Notes: generated by a model not told the origin, from the sequence alone. A stretch of DNA of 53,655 bases from a virus (IMGVR_UViG_3300037467_002078:1-53655), one strand, 5' to 3'; numbered from the stretch's first letter, positions 42,578-52,944 are shown. Made by a program: numbers and translations.

Positions 42578-42974
42578 CATAGTAAACGTGCGAATTGCGT
42601 TGGAAAGCGCGCTAAAGACTATGGTCCCCGCATTGGATACAGCGTGGGAGAATTGGTCGTTTACTCCGACTAAAGGAGTGCCTTACCAAAAGTCCAATCT
42701 TCTCCCTGCGCGTCCAGACAATTCAGAATTTGCCGGCGCCCACTATTATGAGCAGGGTCTTTACCAAATAACTCTCATGTACCCGCTTCAAACAGGCCCA
42801 GCCCAGGCGGAGGCCAGAGCGGAATTGATAAGAGCAACCTTTTATCGCGGCGCTTCATTCACATCAGGAAGCGTGACGGTAAACATCGAGGATGTTCCTG
42901 AAGTTTCATCTGGAAGGGAAGATGGTGATCGGTGGGCTGTTCCGGTCAGAATTAGGTGGCGTGCGAGGATTTAA
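42570..42974 (+). CDS. Tail terminator protein
   Basis: AWEN..F.P, GLYQI....P...G, W.VPV.I.W; precedes tail tube. Confidence 0.82.
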   Translation: MASIVNVRIALESALKTMVPALDTAWENWSFTPTKGVPYQKSNLLPARPDNSEFAGAHYYEQGLYQITLMYPLQTGPAQAEARAELIRATFYRGASFTSGSVTVNIEDVPEVSSGREDGDRWAVPVRIRWRARI

Positions 42975-42998
42975 CTTTAATCTAGGAGTGAATAAGCA

Positions 42999-44213
42999 AT
43001 GACAATAGCAAAAGGGTTATACAAACAAACAGTCGTCGGCATACAAACGGCGCTAGGAACGCCGAAGACCGGGTCTGGTGGCCAGATTTTACGGCGCAAG
43101 ACTTCCACTTTCAACGCCACTCGTGCCATTACCGCGAATGACGAAATTGCATCCCACATGCAGGATACGGGCGTAACGTACGGCCAGAAATCATTGTCTG
43201 GGAAGCTTGAAGGCAACCTGTCGCCTTTGACGTACTCAGTCCTGTTTCAACAGCTCCTCAGAAAGGATTTTGCTGCCACGGCGGCGAGCACCGGCCTTTC
43301 CGTTACGATCGCAGGCACCGGCCCTTACACGGTTACCCGCGGCTCAGGATCGTGGCTGACTGATGGGGTCAAGGCAGGCGATATTGGTCGTTTAACCGCA
43401 GGCGCGTTTAACGCTTCCAATCTGAACAACAACCTCTTGATTACGTCGTTGACAGCGACAATTCTGACGGTTGTGACACTCAATAACAGTTCTCTGGTAG
43501 CTGAAGGCCCCATCGCGTCCGCCACTTTTACCGTTACAGGGAAGAAGTCGTATGCACCAGTATCTGGACAGACGAACAAGTACCTGACGTTTGAGGACTG
43601 GTACTCGGATATCTCTCGGTCTGAGCTGTTCCCTGACTGCAAGATAAGCCAAGCACAGATCAACCTGCCGTCAAGCGGCGCCGCTACGGTGAGCTTTGAT
43701 ATCGTTGGGATCGGTACGCGAACCCTCAACAGTACCCAGCAGATGACCACTCCAGGAGCCGAAACAACCACAAATACGGTTGAGGCGGTGCGTGGGATGC
43801 TTTACGTTAACAATGCCAAAGTGGCGACGGCGACAAGTGCTCAATTAACCATCGATTCAGGCGTCACGCCGATGGCCGCGGTTATCGGCTCTGTTGTGGC
43901 TGCCGATCTTAACCAATCCCGGCTGAAGGTGTCAGGTTCATTCACAGGGCAGTTTGACGGTGCGACGCTCCAAACCCTGTTCGACAACGAAACGGCGGTC
44001 TCCCTGATTCTGGTTGCCGCAACTGATGCTTCAAACAACGCAGACTTTCTCACCATCACGCTTGGTCGTATCAAGTTCACTGGAGATGCTCCAGACGATG
44101 GTGAAAAGGAAATCATCCGCACGTATAACTTCGTAGCGGAGTTGAACGGTGCAGGTGGTGCCGCCCTAGCTTGGGATAACACCATCATATCCATGCAAGA
44201 CAGCGCAGCTTAA
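42999..44213 (+). CDS. Major tail (tube) protein
   Basis: Position between terminator and chaperones; T/S/G-rich. Confidence 0.85.
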   Translation: MTIAKGLYKQTVVGIQTALGTPKTGSGGQILRRKTSTFNATRAITANDEIASHMQDTGVTYGQKSLSGKLEGNLSPLTYSVLFQQLLRKDFAATAASTGLSVTIAGTGPYTVTRGSGSWLTDGVKAGDIGRLTAGAFNASNLNNNLLITSLTATILTVVTLNNSSLVAEGPIASATFTVTGKKSYAPVSGQTNKYLTFEDWYSDISRSELFPDCKISQAQINLPSSGAATVSFDIVGIGTRTLNSTQQMTTPGAETTTNTVEAVRGMLYVNNAKVATATSAQLTIDSGVTPMAAVIGSVVAADLNQSRLKVSGSFTGQFDGATLQTLFDNETAVSLILVAATDASNNADFLTITLGRIKFTGDAPDDGEKEIIRTYNFVAELNGAGGAALAWDNTIISMQDSAA

Positions 44214-44235
44214 TTTAACCCTCAGGAGACAAGCA

Positions 44236-44661
44236 ATGAAAGAAGGTCAATCGACAGAAATGTCCTACTCCCTTGAAAGCTTAAACGCGGTCAAGGCGAG
44301 CGAAGTTCCATTCGAGTTCCAAGTTGAAGGCCCGGATGGAGAACCAACACCAATCTTCATCTCTGTGTATGGAGCCCATTCCGAAAAAGTGACGCGGGCG
44401 GTCTCTGAGCTGGTAAATGAACGGCGCAGAAAGGCGGCCATCCGTGAAGCTTCCGGACGGAAGAAGAACGTGGAATTCGATACCTTGGAGAGCGATGTTG
44501 ATTTTGGTAAACGTTTAGCCGCGGTGAGAATCGCTAAGTGGCGCGGAATAAGCGAGCCTTGCACTCCTGAAAATGCTTTAAAGCTGTGTCAGATTAACCA
44601 TCTCATTGCGGCTCAAGTGACCAGGCAATCGGATGACCTCGGAAATTTTATGCGGCTCTGA
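44236..44661 (+). CDS. Tail assembly chaperone (G-like)
   Basis: Between tail tube and tape measure; ends in GNF slippery site. Confidence 0.85.
   Translation: MKEGQSTEMSYSLESLNAVKASEVPFEFQVEGPDGEPTPIFISVYGAHSEKVTRAVSELVNERRRKAAIREASGRKKNVEFDTLESDVDFGKRLAAVRIAKWRGISEPCTPENALKLCQINHLIAAQVTRQSDDLGNFMRL
44643..44649 (+). other. Programmed -1 frameshift site (A AAT TTT)
   Basis: X XXY YYZ heptamer; the -1 frame is open from 44649 into ORF 44772-45017. Confidence 0.8.
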
Positions 44662-45017
44662 CCGACGACTTAATCGAGTTTGCGAAGTCAGAATTTGAAC
44701 TTAACGAACTCGAAGACGACGGTCAGCCGCTGAGGACTCATCTGAAGAAGATATGGGATGATACAGGGGTCATGCCAAAGATGCTGGCGGAAGCCCCTGA
44801 AGTTCCAGTGCTTGCAGCGCACCTATGGGAACACTTTAACAGCCTAGCCTACGAAAGAGTTAACACGGGCTTCGGCATTAGTAGGTTAAGCGCGTCGGAT
44901 ATCTTTGGTTGGTGTTTGATAAATGCAATCAGTCTAGAGCTGTGGGAGCTGAAGGCGATAAAGAAAATCGATGCGGCTTACATCGAATTTGTCAATAGCA
45001 GACAAAAGGAAAAATAG
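44649..45017 (+). CDS. Tail assembly chaperone extension (T-like, reached by frameshift)
   Basis: Open frame YAALTDDLIEFAKSEF...LW.HF..L...WE..AIK.ID. Confidence 0.78.
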   Translation, partial: YAALTDDLIEFAKSEFELNELEDDGQPLRTHLKKIWDDTGVMPKMLAEAPEVPVLAAHLWEHFNSLAYERVNTGFGISRLSASDIFGWCLINAISLELWELKAIKKIDAAYIEFVNSRQKEK

Positions 45018-48000
45018 ATGGCTGATATAGCATCCCTAGGTATAGCAGTAGACACACGTGAGGTAGACAAGGGGAAACAAGCCCTTGATACGTTGGCGGA
45101 GGCAGGAACTCGAGCTGAAGGTTCAACCATTAAGCTCACTTCTGCCACCGGCCTGTTGGCAGCTGCGGCTAGAGCGGCTGCGGCTGCTTACGGAGGTTTG
45201 AAGATCGCCGAGTATATCAAGGATGCTACGCTTCTTAATGCGCGGTATGAAACCCTGGCCGTGGCCATGAAGGTGGTCGGGAACAACGCCGGGTTCTCTG
45301 CTCGTGAGATGGAGGCCCAGGCCGTAGCGCTGCAGAAGACTGGTATCTCCATGGTTGAATCTCGCCAACAGATACTTCGGTTGGTTCAAGCCCAGATTGA
45401 TCTGAACCAAGCATCAAAGTTGGCGAGAATAGCTCAAGATGCGGCTGTGATCGGCAATATCAATTCATCTGAGGCTTTCGCAAGACTCATCCATGGGATT
45501 CAGACAGGCCAAACTGACGTACTCAGGATGATTGGCATAAATGTCTCGATGGAGCAGTCGTACAAGAAGATGGCCGATACGCTGGGCATCACAACCGCTC
45601 AGTTGACACAAGCCCAGAAGACGCAGGCGGTGGTCAATGCTGTGATGCAGCAGGGTGAAGCTATCGCCGGTTCTTATGAAGCAGCTATGGGTACCGCTGG
45701 GAAGCAGCTAAACTCTATGCAGCGGTATCTTGATAATCTCAAGCTGACCCTGGGCGAGACGTTCAACGAAGCTTTGGTAATTGCAGTAGAGGGAGTTACC
45801 AAGGGACTCAAAGGAGCCAACGAAGAAGCAACTGATCTTGCGACAAAGGGGCAGTTGAGAGAGTGGGGTCGCGATGCAATCAGAGTTGCGGCCTTTGTAG
45901 TGGATGCGTTCCGCTTCGTTGGCAATTCTTTTATTCAGACGTACAAGAACGCCATGCTCTTGTACGACGTGACCAAGCTTGTCCTTTCTGGGCAACTTGA
46001 CGCGGCAAAGAAAATGGCCCAACAGCGTGGCGAGGAAATGCAGGCCTGGGAAAAGGATATTGGCTTGTATGGAAGACTGGCAGATGCCAGGTTTAAACTT
46101 ATTGACGAGGAGCGTAAGCATGCGGAGGCGTTGGCAAATTCAACTGGCGCGGCTAAGAAACACACGGAAGCCATGGTTGTGGATGCAGATGCAGCAAAGA
46201 AAGCAGCCAACGAATACAAAAAGCTTATCGAATCGATAAAGGGGAAAATCGCTGCGAGCCAGCTTGAATTGTCTCTTGGCAAGAATTTAACAGAGGCCCA
46301 GAAGACATCTCTTGACGCGATGATGAAGCTCCAAAATGGAGAACTTCAGTTAAATAAGATGCAAAAAGAGAAATTGACTGGCCTTCTGGAAGAGCTCAGT
46401 CTTATGGAGAAGCTGACAGACCAGGCCGCTTTCGCGAAAAACGCCTATGACTCACTAACCAACGCAGGACAGCAACAGGTATTAAGCCTTCAGGATCAGA
46501 TAGACGCGCAGAGAACACAAAACGCTCTTATCGGTGCCACCTTCGAAAAACAACTCGAGCTGGCTGGAGCGAAGGAAAGAGAGATGGCACAAAATCTGCG
46601 AAATGCTGCAGAGTATGCCGGCCCACTGCATGGCGCGTACATGGTTTACGCCAACGATCTTGAAACTGTTGCAAGGCTGCAGCAAGACCTGTTGATAGAG
46701 CAGCAAGCAGGCAAAGTTGCCCAGCAGTGGATGCAGATAGGCGCGTCAATCGAGCAAACAGGAAGAACAGCCTTCGTTCAGTTTGCTGCGCACGGCATCA
46801 GCGCAATGGCTTCAATTGGCCAAGCTCTCAAAATGGCAGTGTTTGATCTGCTCTATCAGATAACAGCCAGACCTTGGTTGATAAAGATAGGGACGTCGAT
46901 TACAAACTCGCTGACGAGTGGAATAGCAGAGTCCGTCGGAAGTTCATTATTTTCTGGAGGTTCTGGAAATCTGATGAGCGCTCTGGCATCAGGAGGAAGA
47001 TCGATCCTCGGCTTTTTTAATGGAGGAGCTAGTGGCCTCGCTACTTCGTTCGCCACCTCTAGCATAGGGGAGGCGCTAGGACTTAGCGCGGTAACTGCAG
47101 GCTCGGCTTTTGGAGCAGGTGTAGGTACCGCAGGGGCCAGTGCAGGAACAGCTTTCATAGGCGGTGCGGGAACGGCGCTAGGCGGTTCTGGGATGGCGGG
47201 TGCGGCATTGACTGGAGCGGGAACAGCCTTTGCCGCTTTAGCAGGCCCGCTGGCTATCCTGGCTGTTGCTGATATCGCTTCAAGGTTCCTTGCAGGAAAC
47301 AAGACCATAAGCAACAATGGCGTGTGGAAAACCCTTAGCGCTATTCCGATCTTAGGGATTGGGGCTAACATCATAAACGGGCTATTTGGCGCCGGGCCTA
47401 AGAAGCTAGGGCCTGAAGAACTTACTGGCACGTTCTCTGAGAGTGGGTTTTCTGGACAATTCGAAGCTGACTGGAAGCGTAAGACTGGAATCTTCTCCTT
47501 TGCTAAGAAGAAAGGTCGGCGGGGGTTGGGAATTGATCCAGAACAAGATGCAATGCTGGACGCGCTTGTCGGGGTGACTGAGAAACCTATCTTAAATTTC
47601 ATAAAGTATACCGGTGACGCCGGCAGAACTTTACAAGGATGGACTTTCGCGATTCAACGTCAGGTCAGTACTCAAGAGCAGCAAAAGCAGTTGTCGCAGG
47701 ATTTGGCGGACAGCATCGCTGGACACCTGATACCCGAACTGCAGAATCTTAAGCAGGAGGGTGAAACACTGACTCAGACTGCAGCGCGGGCGTACACCGA
47801 GTTTAAGCTCATGAACGCGATGATTGACCTGACTGGCCAATCATTTGGAGGAACCGGTTTATCAACGCTTGGGATGAGGGATCGATTGGTAAATCTCTTG
47901 GGAGGGGTGCAAGGAGCAGCTTCTACGCTCCAACCCTTCTACGATGAGTTTTACACCGATGCTGAAAAAGCGGCAAGCGCCAGTAGGTTGTTGAACAAGG

Positions 48001-48563
48001 AGTTTCAAGTTCTGGGCATCGCCGTTCCAAAGACTCGGGATGAGTTTAGGAAGCTAGTTGAAGCTCAGAACTTGAGCACTGACGCAGGGCAGGATATGTT
48101 TGCAGCTCTAGTTCAGTTGGCACCGGCGTTCGCGCAAGTTAACCAGCAAATTGAGAAGGTGACGGCGAATCTATCGGCAGATGCCTTCTCCACTCTCGTG
48201 GACTATACGCGTTACATCAGACTTGCGGCTAACGGGTTCGAGGTACCGACATCGAGTCCTGATGTCAAGAGGTACGGTGTGCTGCCGTCCTTCGATGTTG
48301 GCACTAACTATGTACCTTACGACATGACAGCTAACATCCATGAAGGTGAGCGAATCATCCCTGCGGCAGATAACAGGGATTTGATGGATATGTTATCTAG
48401 CACCCAGGCAAACGACACCGCTGTGGTTAATGAGCTGCAGATGCTCAGGCAGGAGTTGCGAAACGGCCAGGTTGCCATCGCCACAAATCTTGCGAAGATG
48501 GCAAGGTTCATGGATAGGTGGGAAGGCATCGGGATGCCAATGTCAAGGACTTCACTAACATGA
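45018..48563 (+). CDS. Tape measure protein
   Basis: 1181 aa, Ala/Gly/Gln-rich helical, MADIASLGIAVD start, C-terminal FDVGTNYVP.DM.A.IHEGERIIP. Confidence 0.95.
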   Translation: MADIASLGIAVDTREVDKGKQALDTLAEAGTRAEGSTIKLTSATGLLAAAARAAAAAYGGLKIAEYIKDATLLNARYETLAVAMKVVGNNAGFSAREMEAQAVALQKTGISMVESRQQILRLVQAQIDLNQASKLARIAQDAAVIGNINSSEAFARLIHGIQTGQTDVLRMIGINVSMEQSYKKMADTLGITTAQLTQAQKTQAVVNAVMQQGEAIAGSYEAAMGTAGKQLNSMQRYLDNLKLTLGETFNEALVIAVEGVTKGLKGANEEATDLATKGQLREWGRDAIRVAAFVVDAFRFVGNSFIQTYKNAMLLYDVTKLVLSGQLDAAKKMAQQRGEEMQAWEKDIGLYGRLADARFKLIDEERKHAEALANSTGAAKKHTEAMVVDADAAKKAANEYKKLIESIKGKIAASQLELSLGKNLTEAQKTSLDAMMKLQNGELQLNKMQKEKLTGLLEELSLMEKLTDQAAFAKNAYDSLTNAGQQQVLSLQDQIDAQRTQNALIGATFEKQLELAGAKEREMAQNLRNAAEYAGPLHGAYMVYANDLETVARLQQDLLIEQQAGKVAQQWMQIGASIEQTGRTAFVQFAAHGISAMASIGQALKMAVFDLLYQITARPWLIKIGTSITNSLTSGIAESVGSSLFSGGSGNLMSALASGGRSILGFFNGGASGLATSFATSSIGEALGLSAVTAGSAFGAGVGTAGASAGTAFIGGAGTALGGSGMAGAALTGAGTAFAALAGPLAILAVADIASRFLAGNKTISNNGVWKTLSAIPILGIGANIINGLFGAGPKKLGPEELTGTFSESGFSGQFEADWKRKTGIFSFAKKKGRRGLGIDPEQDAMLDALVGVTEKPILNFIKYTGDAGRTLQGWTFAIQRQVSTQEQQKQLSQDLADSIAGHLIPELQNLKQEGETLTQTAARAYTEFKLMNAMIDLTGQSFGGTGLSTLGMRDRLVNLLGGVQGAASTLQPFYDEFYTDAEKAASASRLLNKEFQVLGIAVPKTRDEFRKLVEAQNLSTDAGQDMFAALVQLAPAFAQVNQQIEKVTANLSADAFSTLVDYTRYIRLAANGFEVPTSSPDVKRYGVLPSFDVGTNYVPYDMTANIHEGERIIPAADNRDLMDMLSSTQANDTAVVNELQMLRQELRNGQVAIATNLAKMARFMDRWEGIGMPMSRTSLT

Positions 48564-49471
48564 AAATAGTACGGCCAATAACGATAAATGACTCTGTACT
48601 TCTGTCAAGTAGCGTAGCTGAAACTGACTACGCGGCTTGGAGCAGCGGGACTACTTATGCTGTGGGGAACAGGGTCATTTACGTAGCTTCAAATGTTCAT
48701 AAGGTTTATGAGTCTGTACAAAATAGCAACACAAATCATAATCCTACTTTGGACACTACCGGAACTTGGTGGACTGACCTGGGGTCCACCAACCGGTGGA
48801 AAATGTTCGATACTGCGGTGACATCGCAGACAACAAAGGCTGACAGTATAGCCATCAGCCTACAGGCTCCAACAGGGCAGCGCGTAGATTCAATCTCTGT
48901 CTTGAACATCGATGCGGCTTCAGTTCACATAGTGGTGACAGATGCGGTTGACGGCGTAATTTATGACCAAACCTTCAGCCTCGTTGCAGACAGTGGGGTA
49001 ACTGATTGGTACTCGTATTTGTTCGAGCCAGTTGCCAGATTGAAGGATTTTACGGTGACTGACCTACCGCCCTACGCCGCGCCTAAGGTCGATATAACGT
49101 TGACGGCAACCGGTGAGACAGTTGCCTGCGGCGCAGTAGTTTTTGGGCTTCAAGTCAACCTTGGCGCAACGCAGTACGGTACCAAGGTTGGTATCACGGA
49201 TTACAGCACAAAGAGCACTGATATCTACGGAAACTTCACTATCGTTGAGAGGGCGTATAGTAAGATCGCGTCTTTCGACGTGATAATTGATTCTGGAAAA
49301 GTAGACTGGGTTGCTTCACTGTTAGCAGGATATCGGGCAACGCCTATAGTTTATGTTGGGTCGGATGACTACAACTCTACCGTGGTCTATGGATTTTTTA
49401 AAGATTTTTCAGTCAATATCACTAGCTTCTACAAGTCGTATTGTTCAATCGAAATCGAAGGATTAACATAA
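48560..49471 (+). CDS. Tail tip/distal tail protein with carbohydrate-binding-like insert
   Basis: Follows TMP (ATGA); AWSSGTTYAVG..V module; GITDYS.K..D.YG. Confidence 0.7.
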   Translation: MKIVRPITINDSVLLSSSVAETDYAAWSSGTTYAVGNRVIYVASNVHKVYESVQNSNTNHNPTLDTTGTWWTDLGSTNRWKMFDTAVTSQTTKADSIAISLQAPTGQRVDSISVLNIDAASVHIVVTDAVDGVIYDQTFSLVADSGVTDWYSYLFEPVARLKDFTVTDLPPYAAPKVDITLTATGETVACGAVVFGLQVNLGATQYGTKVGITDYSTKSTDIYGNFTIVERAYSKIASFDVIIDSGKVDWVASLLAGYRATPIVYVGSDDYNSTVVYGFFKDFSVNITSFYKSYCSIEIEGLT

Positions 49472-49472
49472 C

Positions 49473-50351
49473 ATGCCTGCCATAACACCTCTACCAAGCG
49501 CCCCTTCTAGAAATCAATCATCTTCAGCGTTCATCGTTACTGCAGATGCTTGGGTTGCCTCTCTAGCACAGTTTGTCACGGAGACTAACGCTGTAGTCGA
49601 CGCCCTCAATAACAACGCCACAAATTCAACCAGCACGACGTCACTCGCGATAGGTACCGGAAGCAAGAGCCTTACCGTCCAAACCGGCAAGAGCTACGTT
49701 CCTGGACAAACAGTTAAAATAGCGTACACAACCACGCCCACTAACTGGATGATAGGGGACGTGACATCTTACAATTCAGGAACAGGGGCTCTGGTGGTGA
49801 GTGTTACAGGTACCTCTGGATCAGGAACGTACACGGCATGGACTGTTTCATTAGCCCCGTTCACCTACACCGTAAGCAATTTTATCCAAACACTGCTGGA
49901 CGATACCAATGCCGCGGCAGCGCGCGCTACCCTTGATATATTTCCAGCGTCATTCAAGGGGGTAAAGGCATCAGCATCCGCTCAGAGCGTCACGTCTGGA
50001 GTGGCGACGAAGATAACAACCATTACTGAAGTGCACGATAACCAAGGATGGTACGCTAGCGATCGATTTACTCCCTTGCTAGCTGGCTGGTATTTTATAA
50101 CTGGTGGGTTTGTTTTAACAGGGACAGCTTTGACTGAGGGATACGCCAACTTCTACCTTAACGGAGCTCCAGGTCAACGTTGCAGTGAAGCCCAGTTATC
50201 CTCGGGTAACTGCGCCCGAATGACTTCGGTGGGCTCGTATCTCGAGTACTTTAACGGCACCACTGATTACGTTGAAATGTATGCAACGGTTACTGGAACG
50301 ACCCCGAAGGTCGACTCCGGATATTTTACGGGGATATATTTGAAACCATGA
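49473..50351 (+). CDS. Tail fibre / receptor-binding protein
   Basis: STTSLAIGTGSKSLT..., C1q-like C-terminus (FTP..AGWY...NGTTDYVEMY). Confidence 0.75.
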   Translation: MPAITPLPSAPSRNQSSSAFIVTADAWVASLAQFVTETNAVVDALNNNATNSTSTTSLAIGTGSKSLTVQTGKSYVPGQTVKIAYTTTPTNWMIGDVTSYNSGTGALVVSVTGTSGSGTYTAWTVSLAPFTYTVSNFIQTLLDDTNAAAARATLDIFPASFKGVKASASAQSVTSGVATKITTITEVHDNQGWYASDRFTPLLAGWYFITGGFVLTGTALTEGYANFYLNGAPGQRCSEAQLSSGNCARMTSVGSYLEYFNGTTDYVEMYATVTGTTPKVDSGYFTGIYLKP

Positions 50352-50857
50352 TTACTTTTGCGGCAATTAAAAGGATTTATCCAAACATTACCTGGGCAGA
50401 TGTATGGCTCCAGGATGACGGGAACGGCCCATACATCTACAAGTGGGAGTTTGACCAGCCGGTTCCAACAGACGCAGACATCGAAGCGGCATATCAGCTG
50501 GAGGTAATCAAAGAACGTGTTGATGGAGCGACTTCCAGAATTAATGCAGCCTACTCCCTCGCTTTCGCAGCCATTAGAGGGGAGTACCCTGAGGAGGAGA
50601 GAGAAAGTTGGCCAACTCAGGTTAAGGAAGCAGCCGAGTGGACTGCCAGCAACACCATCCCCACTCCATGGATTGACGCGGCATCCGAGGCAAGAGGAAT
50701 ATCTAAAGCCGACTTAGCGGCGAAGATCTTGGTAAAGGCGGCTGCGTACCAAGCACTATCGGGGCAACTGACGGGCAAACGGCAGAAACTGATCGACCAG
50801 ATAATCGCGCTTGGGAACTCGCCAACACAAGAACAACTTGATGCCATCCAATGGTGA
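50348..50857 (+). CDS. Tail fibre assembly chaperone (XkdW-like N-terminus)
   Basis: LQDDGNGPYI.KW, YP.EERESW..Q..EA, ends in IQW. Confidence 0.75.
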   Translation: MITFAAIKRIYPNITWADVWLQDDGNGPYIYKWEFDQPVPTDADIEAAYQLEVIKERVDGATSRINAAYSLAFAAIRGEYPEEERESWPTQVKEAAEWTASNTIPTPWIDAASEARGISKADLAAKILVKAAAYQALSGQLTGKRQKLIDQIIALGNSPTQEQLDAIQW

Positions 50858-51147
50858 CTGATATGATTAAGGAATTTTGTGCTGTTATTTTTCATGTTCA
50901 TAGCGGAAAACAGTGGTGGCAGGAGGCTCGTGACCAAATATTGCATATTGTGTACTCATCTGCAATATTCCTTATCGCCTTCTACTCAATGCCATCATGG
51001 GGTGCTGGGTTAGCATCCTTCACCCTCGGTTTTCTTCGGGAACTTGAGCAGCACCACTGGAATCCTCGTGAGGTGGGTAAGCAAGATCTTTTCTATTGGG
51101 GATTGGCATCAGTCGTGCTTACCATTGTCTATGCCTTTATCAAGTGA
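50851..51147 (+). CDS. Hypothetical membrane protein
   Basis: Hydrophobic segments; DQILH...RELEQ...DL. Confidence 0.65.
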   Translation: MVTDMIKEFCAVIFHVHSGKQWWQEARDQILHIVYSSAIFLIAFYSMPSWGAGLASFTLGFLRELEQHHWNPREVGKQDLFYWGLASVVLTIVYAFIK

Positions 51148-51814
51148 CTTGGCAAGATACACACCGCTCGTGGTAGGAGCGGCGAAGCGGCTGCACTGCA
51201 CCCTTCCCTACAGTTCTATCATCTCGATCGATGACCTTATTCAGGTTGGAATGGTAGGACTGATGCAGGCTCTTGACGAGTACGAGGACAAGGGTTACCA
51301 GTTCACTACGTACGCTAATGCACGCGTGAAAGGAGCTATGCTAGACGAGCTGCGAAAGCATGATCATTTACCAAGAAAAGCGAGGGTCGGAGTTGGATGC
51401 TTTAAAAAGACTCGGGATGCTCTAACGGCTTCACTAGGGAGGTTTCCTACGCGTGGTGAAATAGCTGCTAAGATGGGGGTCAGTTTAAACGATTGCCTTG
51501 ATATCGAGATGATTGATGAGTTTGCTTTTATCACACTGACAAGCGACGAGAATAAAAGTGGTGAAGCAGACTTGTTGGAAAATCTTTATGCGACAGAGCA
51601 AACCCCATTGGATATTCTTATTGAGAAGAATGCACTAGAGGTAATCAACTGCAAGATGAAAGATTTACCAGAAAAACAAAGGTTGGCCATGCAGTTATAC
51701 TACGGCGAAGGCCTGAGGATGAAAGAGGTTGGGGAAACCATCGGTGTTAGTGAGAGCAGAGTGTGCCAACTACTTAGCAGGGCAGTGGCGCATCTTAAAG
51801 AGCAGTACTTTTAA
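51131..51814 (+). CDS. fliA: FliA/WhiG (sigma28)-like RNA polymerase sigma factor
   Basis: Region 2 DDLIQVGMVGL...FTTYA..RVKGAMLDELRK.D..PR, region 3 LGRFPT..EIA, region 4 LP...LYY.EGL.MKEVG..IGVSESRVCQL; start uncertain. Confidence 0.92.
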   Translation: MPLSSDLARYTPLVVGAAKRLHCTLPYSSIISIDDLIQVGMVGLMQALDEYEDKGYQFTTYANARVKGAMLDELRKHDHLPRKARVGVGCFKKTRDALTASLGRFPTRGEIAAKMGVSLNDCLDIEMIDEFAFITLTSDENKSGEADLLENLYATEQTPLDILIEKNALEVINCKMKDLPEKQRLAMQLYYGEGLRMKEVGETIGVSESRVCQLLSRAVAHLKEQYF

Positions 51815-51832
51815 CTTGAACGGAGGCAGCAA

Positions 51833-52036
51833 ATGGCATTTGAAGATGAAGTGATGAAACGCGTGAACGATCTTGAAACTAAGGTGGCCGACATTGCCAA
51901 TAAAGTTGGCGTAGCTGTGGATAAGGAAGCCGACAAGGTGGTGGTCAAAGCCGCTAACTGGTTAACGGCATCGAAGTACACCGCAGTGTTTCTCCTCGGC
52001 GGCGGCTTAGTATTTCTGTGGTTTGTTTTCAACTGA
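51833..52036 (+). CDS. Small membrane protein
   Basis: GGAGG RBS; C-terminal TM. Confidence 0.7.
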   Translation: MAFEDEVMKRVNDLETKVADIANKVGVAVDKEADKVVVKAANWLTASKYTAVFLLGGGLVFLWFVFN

Positions 52037-52050
52037 TATGAGGTAGTAGG

Positions 52051-52359
52051 ATGGCCCAAAACAATGATCCGGAAAGACGTGGCGGGCCATCTCCCGTCCA
52101 GCTTCTAATCAGCTTAATCGGTATTGCCACAGGCTTAGTAGCATCGGGAATCACAGCTTATAACTCGCTTCAGAATGACGTTTCTTCGCTTAAGCGAGGT
52201 GAGGTATACCAGGAACGAGTGAATGATGCTCTTCGAGAAGAGATAAGATCGCTGAGAGCTGAGATAAAGGAAATGCGTAACGAGCAACGGGAGGATATAA
52301 AAGATTTTGGAAAAAAGGTCGATACTTTAATCGATCAGTGGCCTAGGAGGAAATTTTAA
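52051..52359 (+). CDS. Membrane protein with coiled coil (lysis region, holin/antiholin candidate)
   Basis: ERR, one TM helix, coiled coil. Confidence 0.6.
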   Translation: MAQNNDPERRGGPSPVQLLISLIGIATGLVASGITAYNSLQNDVSSLKRGEVYQERVNDALREEIRSLRAEIKEMRNEQREDIKDFGKKVDTLIDQWPRRKF

Positions 52360-52643
52360 TGATAAGGAGGGTATTAGTTAGTATTTTATGCTTAACCGCA
52401 TGCGCCTGCTCAGTCCCGCCCGGTGAGAAGAAAAAAGACGAGAACTTGGTTTTGATAAGTAACTTGGACTACTACTCTCCTCCTAAGTACGAATTTCCAC
52501 CAATAACGTCTGTGGTGATCGAAGAGAAAAAGGGAAGGGTCGCAAGATCAAAGCCCACCCATTGTTCTGAAATCTCCCCTAAGACTATAAAAGAAGCCAG
52601 TGCCAAGTTGGACTGCCTAATTGAGTTCACGAAAAATGAATAG
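52359..52643 (+). CDS. Putative lipoprotein
   Basis: MIRRVLVSILCLTAC lipobox-like. Confidence 0.6.
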   Translation: MIRRVLVSILCLTACACSVPPGEKKKDENLVLISNLDYYSPPKYEFPPITSVVIEEKKGRVARSKPTHCSEISPKTIKEASAKLDCLIEFTKNE

Positions 52644-52944
52644 ATCATTAATTCAATACCACGAGTTGCTTTGGAGGGACTTTGCCAGACGCCATAAACT
52701 GCAACTCACCAGAAATGAAAATGGATTTTATCTACATCCTATAACTAGGGAATCATATGCAGCTTGGATCGAGCGATCCTCAGTTGAACATTCGGATGGG
52801 CCCAAGGCTTATCATAATGCAGCCTTGTGCTTAGCTTCAACCACTGCCTACGAGCTACTTTTGTCAATCGATAAGGAGTTAGCGATCAAAGTGGCCAAGG
52901 CAATTCAATCGATGAGGATAGGATATGGCGAAGCAGATAGCTGA
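52636..52944 (+). CDS. Hypothetical protein
   Basis: In operon, overlapping neighbours. Confidence 0.6.
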   Translation: MNRSLIQYHELLWRDFARRHKLQLTRNENGFYLHPITRESYAAWIERSSVEHSDGPKAYHNAALCLASTTAYELLLSIDKELAIKVAKAIQSMRIGYGEADS

